NCBI GenBank assembly: GCA_965116495.1
Contig: OZ220696.1
Span: 384,001 to 448,000 of the forward strand
Reading direction: 5' to 3'
Length of the DNA stretch: 64,000 nucleotides
Source of the DNA: Gammaproteobacteria bacterium
Lineage (GTDB): Bacteria > Pseudomonadota > Gammaproteobacteria > Eutrophobiales > Eutrophobiaceae
In this document: one piece after another, positions 1 through 10,219 of the stretch
Position numbering within the stretch: the stretch's first letter is position 1
How the letters are laid out: every line of letters starts with the position of its first letter
Program-made: the position numbers and the translations under genes
Notes under the pieces: model-generated
Databases searched by the model: none
Seen by the model: the letters and a program-made list of their open reading frames with translations, nothing else
Told to the model about the DNA's origin: nothing

Positions 1-302
1 GCGGTCGTATCAAACCCGGAAGGGGAGAACCGGAAATCTGGTTCAGTTCGATGAAATCATTCAGCGAGGTGTTGAGTGATAACAATGTCCGCTTACTGAA
101 AATGATCGCGGAACAGAAGCCTTCCAGTATCAAGGAACTGGAAAAACTAAGCGGACGGAGGAGCAGTAACCTGAGTAGAACGTTAAAAACGTTTGAGCGA
201 TATGGCTTGGTTGACCTGCGAAAGGTTCCCGGCAGTCGAGCGATTTTGCCCGTTGCCAAAGCTACCGGCGTCAGGCTGAGCTGTGATTTTGCATCTTATT
301 AA
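1..302 (+). CDS. HTH DNA-binding protein, HVO_A0114-like (possible antitoxin/regulator), 5'-truncated
   Basis: Frame is open upstream of ATG 51 (GRIKPGRGEPEIWFSS-MKSF); HTH SIKELEKLSGRRSSNLSRTLKTFERYGLV. Confidence 0.7.
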   Translation, partial: GRIKPGRGEPEIWFSSMKSFSEVLSDNNVRLLKMIAEQKPSSIKELEKLSGRRSSNLSRTLKTFERYGLVDLRKVPGSRAILPVAKATGVRLSCDFASY

Positions 303-336
303 TTCAAGCCCCAACGCACTGCCCGTACTTGCCCCC

Positions 337-1398
337 CTATGCACATATTTCATTGGTAGCAAGATTTTTCAACAAGCTGTCGTTATCTACGGCTCCTTCA
401 ATTTCACGCAGCCACCTGCGGTACTGGATGGATACCATATCAGTCGGGACGGAAATCTCGTTAATGTCGAATGGGATTTGCGGCGGGTTCTGTGCTTCGA
501 TCACCACAATATCTTCTTCCAGTACACGTTCCTGAAATGCCAGATGGGGATAATCGGGCTCATCCTTGTTGTGATCACGGCAGGTAAACCAGAAACTGCG
601 GCAATGACCCTCGTCAAGGGGTGATGCGCTCATCCATAAGATGGCCCGATTACCTTTCCCGGCTTTGCTGATGAGTTCAAATTCCAGGTTGACGGTAAAC
701 GGCATGGTAATCTGGTAGTTCGTTTTTCCCATCAAAGATACGTCCGGGATAGGCATATCATCAGTCTGGGGGTTGAAATGAAAAACCAATTGACCGTTAT
801 TACGTTCGATTGATGGGGGTGATACTTCCGTCATGTTCGGATCAAACAGTGTATTTGGATGCACGTAGGGAAAATGGGCTAAATCCACAAAGTTCTCCAG
901 GCGCCTGGCTGCGGAAGTTGGCCAGCTATAGGGTTTGCCGATAACTGCCTTGAACGCGTCGTCATCAAATCCGGGACAGGGAGGGATTTCTGTCTCTGCA
1001 TCGGTTTCAAGACGAACCCAGACGAGGTCGTATTTTACTTCAGCAGCATATTTTTGAATTTTTGCGCGGCCCGGTATTTTTAAATCCCGGCACGCAGGAA
1101 TATCGACACATTTTCCGCTACTGTCATAGGCCCAGCCATGATAGCGGCAACGTATTCTGCCGTCTTCTATGAATCCCCTGGACAAGGATGTTGAACGGTG
1201 CGCGCATCGGTCAGCGAAAGCGGAAACACTTCCGTCCAGTTTTGCTATAACCAGGGCCTCCCCCAGCAACTGCACCTGGAGCGGGCCATTACCGGAGGGG
1301 TCTGCCGAATACAATTCCTCCAAGGTACAGACAGGATGCCAGAAGTGACGCCAGGTCTCTTCTTTGATAAACCGGCCATTTGTTTTCGCTTTGGTCAT
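337..1398 (-). CDS. Rieske non-heme iron oxygenase alpha subunit (VanA/NdmA-like O- or N-demethylase type)
   Basis: Rieske motif CAHR...CRYHGW; iron motif ENFVDLAHFPYVH and VLEED. Confidence 0.85.
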   Translation of the reverse strand: MTKAKTNGRFIKEETWRHFWHPVCTLEELYSADPSGNGPLQVQLLGEALVIAKLDGSVSAFADRCAHRSTSLSRGFIEDGRIRCRYHGWAYDSSGKCVDIPACRDLKIPGRAKIQKYAAEVKYDLVWVRLETDAETEIPPCPGFDDDAFKAVIGKPYSWPTSAARRLENFVDLAHFPYVHPNTLFDPNMTEVSPPSIERNNGQLVFHFNPQTDDMPIPDVSLMGKTNYQITMPFTVNLEFELISKAGKGNRAILWMSASPLDEGHCRSFWFTCRDHNKDEPDYPHLAFQERVLEEDIVVIEAQNPPQIPFDINEISVPTDMVSIQYRRWLREIEGAVDNDSLLKNLATNEICA

Positions 1399-1414
1399 GT
1401 AATTCTCCAGTATG

Positions 1415-1469
1415 TGGGGTCAGGTCGCACAATGCACACTATAGCTGTGCATTGTGCGACCTGACCCCA
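1415..1469. repeat. REPIN-like hairpin doublet made of two RAYT-element ends (family A)
   Basis: TGGGGTCAGGTCGCACAATGCACA, 7-nt loop, exact reverse complement; arms identical to ends of element 19442-20467; TGACCCCATTTCCG tandemly repeated at 1462-1489. Confidence 0.9.
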
Positions 1470-1496
1470 TTTCCGTGACCCCATTTCCGTGCGAGG

Positions 1497-2354
1497 TCAG
1501 GTCACAGCGCTTGTGAGCGTATCCTCCAGAACGGTCAATCCCATCCCTGATAACATCGGCAGGTAGTAATTCCGGTGGATCTTGTTGACCTTCGGGGTTA
1601 AAGCGCCGCGCATCCCGAGCCACACCATCATTTCCACCGCTTCGGCGCCACCACGTTCCATCCATTCATCATGAGGGATATCGACCAGGCTTTCCGGATC
1701 GTCTTCGATCCGGTCAAGAAATTCTTCGTCCCAGTCCGAGTTCATATGGCCGAAACGATCGCCGTGCAACTGATGAGAAAGTCCACCGGTGCCCACAACA
1801 ACAACACGCGCATCATCGGGATAGGACTCTACGGCAGTGCGCAGTGCGTGTCCAAGTTTCCATAGCCGGTGCGGCGTCGGTAACGGATGCTGCAGCACGT
1901 TGACCTGGAAGGGCACGGTCCTGACGCTCCAGTCCGGCTCATGATCAAACAATAACGGCAATGGCACCAGGATGCCATGGTCCATCACCATGTCCTGGCA
2001 AATGGTGAGATCAAATTCACTCTCTACCACCAGCGAGTTGGCCAGGTGCCAGGAAAATACGGCATCACCTTTTACCGCCGGCAGCGGACGCGCGCCCCAG
2101 CCTTCATCACCGATAGGGTATTCATCGGCAACACCCATCGCGAACGTCGGGTACTTGTCGAAAAAGAAATCGGTGCCATGATCGTTGTACAGAACGATGG
2201 CGTGAGTTATACCGACGTCCTTTAACCAGGCTTTTGCAGGCTTATAACCGTCAAACAGGGGCTTCCACCCCGGCGTCTCCTGCTGGTTTTGATCGAAAGC
2301 CACGCCAATCGAAGGAACGTGGGACGAACCGATACCCGCAACTAGTCTACCCAT
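1497..2354 (-). CDS. ligB: Class III extradiol dioxygenase beta subunit (protocatechuate 4,5-/gallate dioxygenase-like)
   Basis: SSHVP, YNDH, DEGWG, DHG, GTGGLSHQ motifs; next to alpha subunit. Confidence 0.85.
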   Translation of the reverse strand: MGRLVAGIGSSHVPSIGVAFDQNQQETPGWKPLFDGYKPAKAWLKDVGITHAIVLYNDHGTDFFFDKYPTFAMGVADEYPIGDEGWGARPLPAVKGDAVFSWHLANSLVVESEFDLTICQDMVMDHGILVPLPLLFDHEPDWSVRTVPFQVNVLQHPLPTPHRLWKLGHALRTAVESYPDDARVVVVGTGGLSHQLHGDRFGHMNSDWDEEFLDRIEDDPESLVDIPHDEWMERGGAEAVEMMVWLGMRGALTPKVNKIHRNYYLPMLSGMGLTVLEDTLTSAVT

Positions 2355-2379
2355 TTTTTTGCTCCACTGTGTTTTGCCG

Positions 2380-2748
2380 CTACATATTTTGCCGCAATGG
2401 CACGTTGCGGGTTTTCATGAATTCTTCCACCGATTCGCCACGCTGCTGCGCACCGATGGGGACCAGGCCATCACCGGTCATGGCGCCGACTTTCAACAGC
2501 ATATAGATGTTGCCGCCGCCTTCTTCTATCAGTGCCTTCCAGTCCTTCTCTTTAACCTTTTGCTTCTCCCACGCGGAAAGACCGTAGTTGTTCATGTAGG
2601 CTTCCTCGTCTTTACGATAAGCCTCCCGGTTTTCGGCTTTGTGAAGAGAAAAGGCAAAACTGTTCAGCTTCAGCCCTTGCTGCGACCTTTGCCCGGTGAA
2701 CACACATGTGCCCGGGATATGATCACTGTGACCGGTTTCTCTACTCAT
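2380..2748 (-). CDS. ligA: Extradiol dioxygenase alpha subunit (LigA-like)
   Basis: IPGTCVF...LNSFAFSL..AENREAY..DEEAY...GGNIYMLLK. Confidence 0.85.
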   Translation of the reverse strand: MSRETGHSDHIPGTCVFTGQRSQQGLKLNSFAFSLHKAENREAYRKDEEAYMNNYGLSAWEKQKVKEKDWKALIEEGGGNIYMLLKVGAMTGDGLVPIGAQQRGESVEEFMKTRNVPLRQNM

Positions 2749-2854
2749 TATTCTCTACCTGGTTTGTGAAAAGTTGAAGGGACGCGGACCCCGCCAGACT
2801 GTGCAGTATGCGCATATCGGCACAGGTGATCAATGTACGGGTAGGGGTTCGCAT

Positions 2855-4039
2855 TCAGATCTCCGGCCAGTAATCGAACGGTAGCCCTGTATGTTGCCTG
2901 GCATAGGATATCTGGGAGGTCTCGTCAGACACCAGGTATTCCAGTTCCGCCACCTGCATACGTCGTTCGAAAGGATTGCTGTCGGGGTGGATATGATACT
3001 TGGCCGTGTTCCCGGAGGAAAAACGCTGGCACTGGAGGTTGCGCGCCAGGGCGACGGCGGCATAGCGGTCTAAAATCGTAGCATCGTCTTTTGTAAAGTA
3101 TTCGATCAGCGCGGTGGACAGGACACTCACATCGGCAAAGGCCGCGTTAAGACCCTTGGCGCCGGTCGGCGGGACGATGTGCGAGGCATCACCGCACAGA
3201 AACAAACGGCCATGGGACATGGGTTGGGAGAAAAAACTCCGCAACGGGGTCACGTCTTTCTGGAAGATCTCCCCTCGCACAAGCTCCCAACCGGGTGCGC
3301 CCAGACGCGTATCGAGTTCTTCCCAGATCCGCTCATCGGGCCATTCGTTGAGATCTTCATCCGGTGCGCACTGGAGATAGAGCCGCGATATTTTCGGTGA
3401 ACGCATGCTCAACAGTGCAAAGCCGCGTTCATGATGGCAAAACATCGCTACATCTTTCGACGGAGGCGCTTTGGCCATCACACCGAGCCAGCCGTAGGGA
3501 TAAACATTCTCGTACGTCTTGAGGACGCCGGCCGGGATCGAATGACGCGAAGGACCATGAAAACCATCGGCCCCGATAACGAAATCACAGCTTATTTCCT
3601 TATCCACGCCCTCGTGAGTGTATTTCACTGTCGGGGAATCGCCCTCGATGCCTTCGATTGCCGTGGCGGGCGCCTCATAGAAAACCTTGTGATCTTCCGC
3701 TGCCAGCGCACCCAACAGGTCCTTGGTAAGCTCTGACTGACCGTATATCGTGACGCCAACCCCTATCAGCTTGTCGAAATCGAGAAAGTGATGCTCATTA
3801 TGCAGGCCGATGACCACACCCGGATGATACATGCATTCCTTTTCCAGGCGTTCGCCGACACCTGCCTTGATCATCAGTTCTACCGCGTTCTTCTCCATGA
3901 CACCGGCGCGAATGCGACTTTCGACGTATTCACGGCTTTTCCTTTCCAGGACGACACTTTCGATCCCGCGCTGGCGTAATATCCAGGCCAGGAGCGAACC
4001 TGCCGGGCCGGCGCCCACTATCACGACTGGTACATGCAT
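2855..4039 (-). CDS. pobA: p-hydroxybenzoate 3-hydroxylase family flavin monooxygenase, divergent active site
   Basis: GAGPAG, RIRAGV, DGFHG, GDASHIVPPTGAKGLN; substrate-contact tyrosines appear substituted (see findings). Confidence 0.8.
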   Translation of the reverse strand: MHVPVVIVGAGPAGSLLAWILRQRGIESVVLERKSREYVESRIRAGVMEKNAVELMIKAGVGERLEKECMYHPGVVIGLHNEHHFLDFDKLIGVGVTIYGQSELTKDLLGALAAEDHKVFYEAPATAIEGIEGDSPTVKYTHEGVDKEISCDFVIGADGFHGPSRHSIPAGVLKTYENVYPYGWLGVMAKAPPSKDVAMFCHHERGFALLSMRSPKISRLYLQCAPDEDLNEWPDERIWEELDTRLGAPGWELVRGEIFQKDVTPLRSFFSQPMSHGRLFLCGDASHIVPPTGAKGLNAAFADVSVLSTALIEYFTKDDATILDRYAAVALARNLQCQRFSSGNTAKYHIHPDSNPFERRMQVAELEYLVSDETSQISYARQHTGLPFDYWPEI

Positions 4040-5073
4040 TGTCTTGTCTCCTGGTCCGGATTATATTCGTTTAAGCGGGCAAATACACTGCGGGCGTTGC
4101 CCTCAAAGATGGCCTTTTTCTCGTCTTTGTTCAGTGCATTGTTGTTATCGATGTAACGTTTGGTGTCGTCGAAATAATGGCCGGTTTCAGGGTCTATGCC
4201 GCGTACTGCACCTATCATTTCAGATGCAAACAGGATATTTTTGGAGGGGATTACATCCACCAGCAAATCAATCCCGGGCTGGTGATAAACACAGGTATCA
4301 AAGTAGACATTGTTCATCAACAATTCATCGAGCGGAGGCAGTCCCATCATGTCGGCCAGGCCGCGGAATCGCCCCCAGTGATAGGGTACTGCGCCGCCAC
4401 CATGGGGGATGATGAACCTGGTATCCGGGAAATCCCGGCACACAGTCGATGTCATTAACTGCATAAAGGCAGTAGTGTCGGCGCTCAGGTAGTAGGAACC
4501 GGTGGTCTGAAAGGCATGATTACAAGCCCCGCTCACATGGATCATGGCGGGGACATCCAGTTCGCACATTTTTTCGTATATCGGATACCAGTAGCGATCT
4601 CCCAGGGGAGGGGAGTCCCAGTGGCCGCCCGAAGGGTCCGGATTCAGGTTAAACCCGACAAAGCCGAACTCAAGCACACAACGCTCCAGTTCCAGAACGG
4701 CATTACTTAATCCTGCCCCCGGTGTCTGGGGTAACTGGCAACCTCCGGCGAAGTTATCCGGGTATAACTGCGTGATGCGATAGATTAACTCGTTACAGTG
4801 CTCAGACCAGAATTTACTGGTGCTCTCATTGCCGACATGATGCCCCATCCAGCTGGCGCGCGGCGAAAATATGGTGAGATCGATACCCCGGGTCCGTTGC
4901 AGTTTTAACTGTGCCCCTTCAAGACTCTCCCGCAACTGGTCATCACTGATATCAACGACCCCTTTTTCATGGTGAAAGTGTGGGTTATCGGCCAGTTCCG
5001 CTTTTTGTTGCTCGCGGTACTCGCCCAGCGCAGCCGGCGCCGTGGTGTAGTGCCCGTGGCAATCAATAACCAT
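4021..5073 (-). CDS. ligJ: 4-oxalomesaconate hydratase
   Basis: IDCHGHYTT, FSPRAS, IPHGGGAVPYHWGR, LFASEMIGAVRGIDP. Confidence 0.92.
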   Translation of the reverse strand: MVIDCHGHYTTAPAALGEYREQQKAELADNPHFHHEKGVVDISDDQLRESLEGAQLKLQRTRGIDLTIFSPRASWMGHHVGNESTSKFWSEHCNELIYRITQLYPDNFAGGCQLPQTPGAGLSNAVLELERCVLEFGFVGFNLNPDPSGGHWDSPPLGDRYWYPIYEKMCELDVPAMIHVSGACNHAFQTTGSYYLSADTTAFMQLMTSTVCRDFPDTRFIIPHGGGAVPYHWGRFRGLADMMGLPPLDELLMNNVYFDTCVYHQPGIDLLVDVIPSKNILFASEMIGAVRGIDPETGHYFDDTKRYIDNNNALNKDEKKAIFEGNARSVFARLNEYNPDQETRQCMYQS

Positions 5074-5075
5074 GC

Positions 5076-5804
5076 TCAGTCATTCAGATCGTCCAGTGAA
5101 TCCAGGTAAACCAGGCCGGCTTTTTCCAGGCGCGGGCGCATGTCATAAATATCCAGACCTAAAATGCCGTTCGCCAGTTGTTCACGCTTGCCCGTCTCGT
5201 TTTGTTCCCGGGTCCGGGCAGCAGTCATAACAGGCTCAGCCCAGTGTCTCGGAATCACTACCACGCCGTCATCATCCGCAACTACTACATCACCGGGATT
5301 GACGGCCTGGCCGGCACAGACAATGGGTACGTTTACCGAACCAGGCGTGTTTTTAACCGTGCCCCGGGCAGATACCGCTTTGGACCAAACGGGGAAACTC
5401 ATCTCTTCCAGTATCGCCACATCGCGTACGCCGGCATCTATCACAAGGCCTTTTACACCTCGTGCGCGGGCCGAAGTGGCCAATAAATCACCGAACATTC
5501 CGTCTGTATTGTCCGTGGTGCAGGCAACAACCAGGACATCTCCAGGCCGGCAAAGCTCGATAGCCACATGTAACATCCAGTTGTCGCCAGGCTGGGCCAA
5601 TACCGTAACGGCACTGCCTGCGATCCGGGCGTGTCGGTAAATCGGTCGAATATAAGGTTTTAACAACCCGACCCGTCCCAGCGCTTCATGTACCGTGGCG
5701 ACGCCCAGGGTTCCCAGCGCTTCCACGACCGCGGCATTTGCCCGTTCAATGTTTCGAACTGCTACCGTTCTCATCAGCTTACTTTCCTCATCTTGCGGGG
5801 ACAT
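5076..5804 (-). CDS. ligK: 4-carboxy-4-hydroxy-2-oxoadipate aldolase/oxaloacetate decarboxylase
   Basis: [29 protein letters not shown]; start may be MRTVAV (about 5774). Confidence 0.92.
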   Translation of the reverse strand: MSPQDEESKLMRTVAVRNIERANAAVVEALGTLGVATVHEALGRVGLLKPYIRPIYRHARIAGSAVTVLAQPGDNWMLHVAIELCRPGDVLVVACTTDNTDGMFGDLLATSARARGVKGLVIDAGVRDVAILEEMSFPVWSKAVSARGTVKNTPGSVNVPIVCAGQAVNPGDVVVADDDGVVVIPRHWAEPVMTAARTREQNETGKREQLANGILGLDIYDMRPRLEKAGLVYLDSLDDLND

Positions 5805-6861
5805 ACACTACACCCCTGCTCAGCAGGCGTGCAGTGCGCAGCAAACTCACTTTTTCAATTACCGGAAATTCTCCGGAATCATCCACTTGCAGAGCGACGG
5901 AAAACTCTCCGATAGGGTGTTCCACTGATATGGTTTTGACTTCGCCCCCAGGCCGTTCGACCATTCCCTCTACGACCGATCCGGGTAATATGCAAGCGGT
6001 AGCTGCCGACACTGCTCCCAGCACACCGACAGCCGCATGACATTTGTGAGGAATGAATGTTCGTGTGTTGACCAGCCCTCCATTTACCGCAGGCGATGCA
6101 AGGCACATCTTCGGGATGGTCTTGTTTTTCACATCATCCAGGTTCATACCGGGGCCGATTTGAAGTCGAATAGACTCCAGTCTCGCCTTTAAATCCTCAT
6201 TCGCGCTCAGTTCAAGCGGTGACTCATAGCCGCTGATGCCGAAATCAGTTGCCCGCAAAACCACTACAGGCATGCCATTGTCAACGCAGGTCATTTCCAC
6301 ACCGTCTACAATGTCCAGTACCCGGCCCGTGGGCAGGAGGTCTCCACAGATCGAGCCGGCCAGATCCTTATAAGAGCAAAGCACCGGTGCCCCACTGCCC
6401 GGCACGCCATCAATTTGAACTTCTCCCTCGTACTCCGTTTTACCGCCGGGCGTAGACAGTTCCAACTCGCTCAATCTTCCGCTGTTGACCAGGTGCACTG
6501 TAAGCCGGGTTGTCTCTTCATGTGCCGGCACCAGGCCGGCCTCTATGGCAAAGGGCCCGACGCCCGCCAGGATGTTTCCGCAATTTGGCGTGGTATCGAC
6601 CTTGTCCTGACCTACCACGACCTGTACGAACAGGAAGTCGATATCTGCGTCCGGCCGGGAAGAACGGCTCACGATAGCCACCTTGCTGGTAAGGGGATCG
6701 GCGCCGCCCAGGCCGTCTATCTGCCGTTCACCCCGGCCCATGGCATCCAGCAGCACTTCGTTGCGCTGTGCCGGGTCCGCGGGTAAATCTTCAGCAAGGA
6801 AATACAATCCTTTCGAACTCCCGCCGCGTATTTGCATATACGGAATCGCTGACTGTTTCAC
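5788..6861 (-). CDS. ligU: 4-oxalomesaconate tautomerase (PrpF family)
   Basis: [42 protein letters not shown]. Confidence 0.92.
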   Translation of the reverse strand: MKQSAIPYMQIRGGSSKGLYFLAEDLPADPAQRNEVLLDAMGRGERQIDGLGGADPLTSKVAIVSRSSRPDADIDFLFVQVVVGQDKVDTTPNCGNILAGVGPFAIEAGLVPAHEETTRLTVHLVNSGRLSELELSTPGGKTEYEGEVQIDGVPGSGAPVLCSYKDLAGSICGDLLPTGRVLDIVDGVEMTCVDNGMPVVVLRATDFGISGYESPLELSANEDLKARLESIRLQIGPGMNLDDVKNKTIPKMCLASPAVNGGLVNTRTFIPHKCHAAVGVLGAVSAATACILPGSVVEGMVERPGGEVKTISVEHPIGEFSVALQVDDSGEFPVIEKVSLLRTARLLSRGVVYVPAR

Positions 6862-6984
6862 GTTCGCGCTTCTGGTTTGTGTAATAACAGCGTATTTCTA
6901 ATCCGTTCAGCTAACCAATGGGAATTAATTACCCAATCATGCGAAAAAGTAATCCGGCCGTCCTAACCATGCCCCGGTCCATCC

Positions 6985-7035
6985 GGGGACGGACCCCCGC
7001 TGACAACATGCGGGGGCATGCTTAAGTCCGTCCCC
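6985..7035. repeat. GGGGAC-type palindromic repeat (family B) with inner hairpin
   Basis: GGGGACGGAC ... GTCCGTCCCC enclosing CCCCGC/GCGGGG. Confidence 0.7.
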
Positions 7036-7115
7036 AATGCAACATGCCTGTTTCATCTCATGAATAATTGTATAAAAACTGCTATCTTACTGAAAAAACA
7101 TCATGTTGGAACAGA

Positions 7116-8366
7116 GTGAGTAACGATAATTTTCGCATTCCAGGGGTCAGTCTCCGCCATCTCAAATCTGCCCTGTACGTAGCAGAATACAAAAACGTGA
7201 CGCGCGCTGCCAACAAACTGAACCGTTCCCAGACCACCATCACTAAAGCAATCAGTGAACTGGAATTGACACTGGGCACAAGGCTATTCGACCGGGCCGC
7301 AACGGGCATGATGCCCACCGTATATGGCGAAGCCCTGGCTCGCAGGGTAAGGCTGGTGGTTGATGAATTTGACAAGGCCGGGAAATCATACCAGGAATTC
7401 AAACCCGGCGGGCGACACTACCACTCAATACCGGTTTTCTCACTGGATATCAGTTACAAGCGGTTGGCAGCCTTTGTGGCACTTTATGAGAAGCGTAACG
7501 TCACTGCCGCTGCACAAACACTCGGTATAAGCAAAACAGCAGTATATAACTCCATGCGATATCTTGAGGAGTTGCTGGAATTACCTCTTTTCCAGACCGA
7601 ACCCCACGGGGTAACACCGACCGGGCTGGCCACGATTCTGGTTCGACACACCAAACTGGCATTTTCACAAATTCATCAGGCCATCGACGACATCGCCAAC
7701 CTGGATGGAGTGACCCAGGGACGTGTCGTGATCGGAACGCTGCCTTATACCCGAACCTACCTGACACCAGTAGCCATCAACAGGCTGCTGGAAAAATATC
7801 CCCAGATTGATGTGGTCACCCGGGAGGGTCCCTACGATATACTGGAGTCGTCCTTACGAAGTGGTGATATCGACTTCATTGTGGGCGCCATTCGCAATAT
7901 CGAAAACCGTGCTGATATCGTTACCGAAAAACTCTTTGAAGATCGGCTGTCTGTGATTGCGCGCAAGGACCACCCGCTGGCCGGCAGGTCAAGAATCAAC
8001 TTCAAGGACATGCAGGATGCGCAATGGGTGTTGCCCGCAAGGGGAAGCCCCAGCCGGCAATTGTTCGATGAGACGCTGTCACGTCACGACATGCTCGTGC
8101 CGGAGCATGCGGTTGAGACCAGTTCCCTGTCCATGGTAAGAGGTCTCCTGATGGACAGTGACCGGGTAGCCCTGTTGTCGGAACACCAGATTTATTATGA
8201 CATGCAGTTCGGCATACTGGACGTATTGCCGGTCGTCCTGGAGGACACTTATCGCCCCATTGGTCTGACGCTGCGAGCCCATACCCAACCCTCGCCCGCG
8301 GCTGAATTGTTCCTGGGATACCTCAGGGAAGTCTCAGAGGAAATTCACAAACAGGGCACAGCGTAA
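7116..8366 (+). CDS. ligR: LysR-type regulator with two HTH domains (LigR/GalR-like)
   Basis: Two HTH repeats (NVTRAANKLNRSQTTITKAI; NVTAAAQTLGISKTAVYNSM) plus LysR substrate domain; divergent from ligU; GTG 7116 preferred to TTG 7068. Confidence 0.85.
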   Translation: MSNDNFRIPGVSLRHLKSALYVAEYKNVTRAANKLNRSQTTITKAISELELTLGTRLFDRAATGMMPTVYGEALARRVRLVVDEFDKAGKSYQEFKPGGRHYHSIPVFSLDISYKRLAAFVALYEKRNVTAAAQTLGISKTAVYNSMRYLEELLELPLFQTEPHGVTPTGLATILVRHTKLAFSQIHQAIDDIANLDGVTQGRVVIGTLPYTRTYLTPVAINRLLEKYPQIDVVTREGPYDILESSLRSGDIDFIVGAIRNIENRADIVTEKLFEDRLSVIARKDHPLAGRSRINFKDMQDAQWVLPARGSPSRQLFDETLSRHDMLVPEHAVETSSLSMVRGLLMDSDRVALLSEHQIYYDMQFGILDVLPVVLEDTYRPIGLTLRAHTQPSPAAELFLGYLREVSEEIHKQGTA

Positions 8367-8367
8367 C

Positions 8368-8432
8368 AGTGATGGGGTCAGGTCGCACATTGCACATGTA
8401 ATGTGTGCAATGTGCGACCTGACCCCATCACT
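8368..8432. repeat. REPIN-like hairpin doublet (family A)
   Basis: 29-bp perfect inverted repeat AGTGATGGGGTCAGGTCGCACATTGCACA, 7-nt loop, between convergent ligR and ligI. Confidence 0.9.
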
Positions 8433-8442
8433 TGCAATATCA

Positions 8443-9330
8443 TCAACTGGCTTCTTCCGGCCAATACAGGCGCATGGGGTTATCTACCAGCAGTTTTTGT
8501 TGCAGTTCTTCCGTGGGGGCAATACGGGGTATGTAGTCTACCAGTTTACCATCGTCCGGCATGTGAGACTTCATATTGGGGTGAGGCCAGTCGGTTCCCC
8601 ATAACACGCGGTCCGGGAAAGCGTCGATCACACGCCGGGCGAAGGGGATGACATCTTCGTATCCTGGCGGACCAACTGCTGAAATCCGTTCCGGGCAACT
8701 GACCTTCGACCAGAAATTCTCATTCTCAGCCAGCAGTTTGATAAAGAGATTGAACCCTGGGCCATCGACCGGTTGGCTGACATCAGGGCGGCCCATATGA
8801 TCCACCACCACCGTGGCAGGCAGGGATGTGAAGAAATTGTAATACTCTGCCAGGTCCGCTGCCTCAAAATAGATGACGATGTGCCAGCCCAAAGGTACGA
8901 TTCGCTCTGCGATGCCGGCCAGTTCGTCAATGGGCAAGCTGTCCACCAGGCGCTTTACGAAATTGAAGCGTGCGCCGCGTACACCGGCTGCATGCAATTG
9001 TGCCAATTCATCACCAGTTACAGTCGATCGCACCGTGGCGATACCCCGAGCCTTGCCGCGGGAGGATTGCAAGGCATCCGCCAGAGCACGATTGTCTGCG
9101 CCATGGCAGGTGGCCTGCACGATCACATTGCGGGAGAAACCAAGGTGATCACGCAATTGCCATAGTTTGTCCTTGCCTGCATCGCAAGGGGTGTACTTTC
9201 TCTCCGGTGCAAAAGGGAACTCTGCCGCGGGGCCAAATACGTGGCAGTGTGCATCCACGGCGCCATCAGGCACTACGAATCCAGGTGCGCCGGGCGCCGG
9301 GTGAAATGGCAACCAATCGGGATCCATCAT
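8443..9330 (-). CDS. ligI: 2-pyrone-4,6-dicarboxylate lactonase
   Basis: DAHCHVFGP, ERKYTPCDA, VQATCHG, WGTDWPHPNM. Confidence 0.92.
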   Translation of the reverse strand: MMDPDWLPFHPAPGAPGFVVPDGAVDAHCHVFGPAAEFPFAPERKYTPCDAGKDKLWQLRDHLGFSRNVIVQATCHGADNRALADALQSSRGKARGIATVRSTVTGDELAQLHAAGVRGARFNFVKRLVDSLPIDELAGIAERIVPLGWHIVIYFEAADLAEYYNFFTSLPATVVVDHMGRPDVSQPVDGPGFNLFIKLLAENENFWSKVSCPERISAVGPPGYEDVIPFARRVIDAFPDRVLWGTDWPHPNMKSHMPDDGKLVDYIPRIAPTEELQQKLLVDNPMRLYWPEEAS

Positions 9331-10157
9331 TTACCGGCCTTGCTTCCGTCAGTAGTTCCGGCGTTTTGAATCGAGGGAATAGCCGGCAAGCCCTCGGACA
9401 TGAGATTTTTCAGATTTTCCACTGTGGAATCAGTCATCAATGGCTCAATGCCCAGTTCCCGCAATAACACGGCAGACGCCTCCATTTCATGCAGGCGGCG
9501 CTTTGCGTGCACGTCGGAGCCCGTAACCAGGCGCTCCAGCAAGCGTTCATCAGCCTGTGTAATTTCTGTACTGATGTTTTGCCACAACCACTCGGACAAA
9601 CCCGCTTGTTCCGCACCGCGCAAGGCCTCAATAACCACAGCGGCCAGTCCTTTTGTAAATACACTGCGTAACAACTTGCGGGTGGCTGCGTCACCCGCCC
9701 TGGTTCCCAGAGATTCTACCGGCATGCCCAGGGGCAAAAAAGACTTTACAAACCGGTCAGCCCCCGTACCTGCTGCCAGTGCCCGGGTACGTATGCCCCT
9801 GCCCGGCACGATCTCCACCAGGGCAATGTCGGCAAAAGCGATACCGCGTTCGTCTGCTTTCTCAGCCAGTTGGCGTTTCAAGCCCGCAGAACCTGTAGAA
9901 AAATCGGCATAGAGTGCATTTTGGGGTATCTGCTCGAAGGACTGTGACAATGCTGTGGCAGCGTCCGAGGCCGCCGTTAACGCAAGGACCGCATCCACAC
10001 CGGCTACCGCCTCTCCCGGGTCTTCGAAACGGCTTACTCCAGCCGGCGTTATCACGGGTGCGGGATCGTAGGCTTGCACGGAAATACCGGCCGACAGCAG
10101 GTCTGAACTGATGATTGAGCCGGCTTCGCCCAGACCAAAAATGCACACGGTTTTCAT
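9327..10157 (-). CDS. NAD(P)-dependent oxidoreductase, beta-hydroxyacid dehydrogenase-like with DUF1932
   Basis: GLGEAG Rossmann motif, KLLRSVFTKGL, HAKRRLHEM; overlaps ligI start. Confidence 0.8.
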   Translation of the reverse strand: MKTVCIFGLGEAGSIISSDLLSAGISVQAYDPAPVITPAGVSRFEDPGEAVAGVDAVLALTAASDAATALSQSFEQIPQNALYADFSTGSAGLKRQLAEKADERGIAFADIALVEIVPGRGIRTRALAAGTGADRFVKSFLPLGMPVESLGTRAGDAATRKLLRSVFTKGLAAVVIEALRGAEQAGLSEWLWQNISTEITQADERLLERLVTGSDVHAKRRLHEMEASAVLLRELGIEPLMTDSTVENLKNLMSEGLPAIPSIQNAGTTDGSKAGK

Positions 10158-10219
10158 AAATCCTCCAAATTCACCGGAATTTAAAGACTAGGCAGTGCGC
10201 CAGCCCTGCTGTGCCTTCG

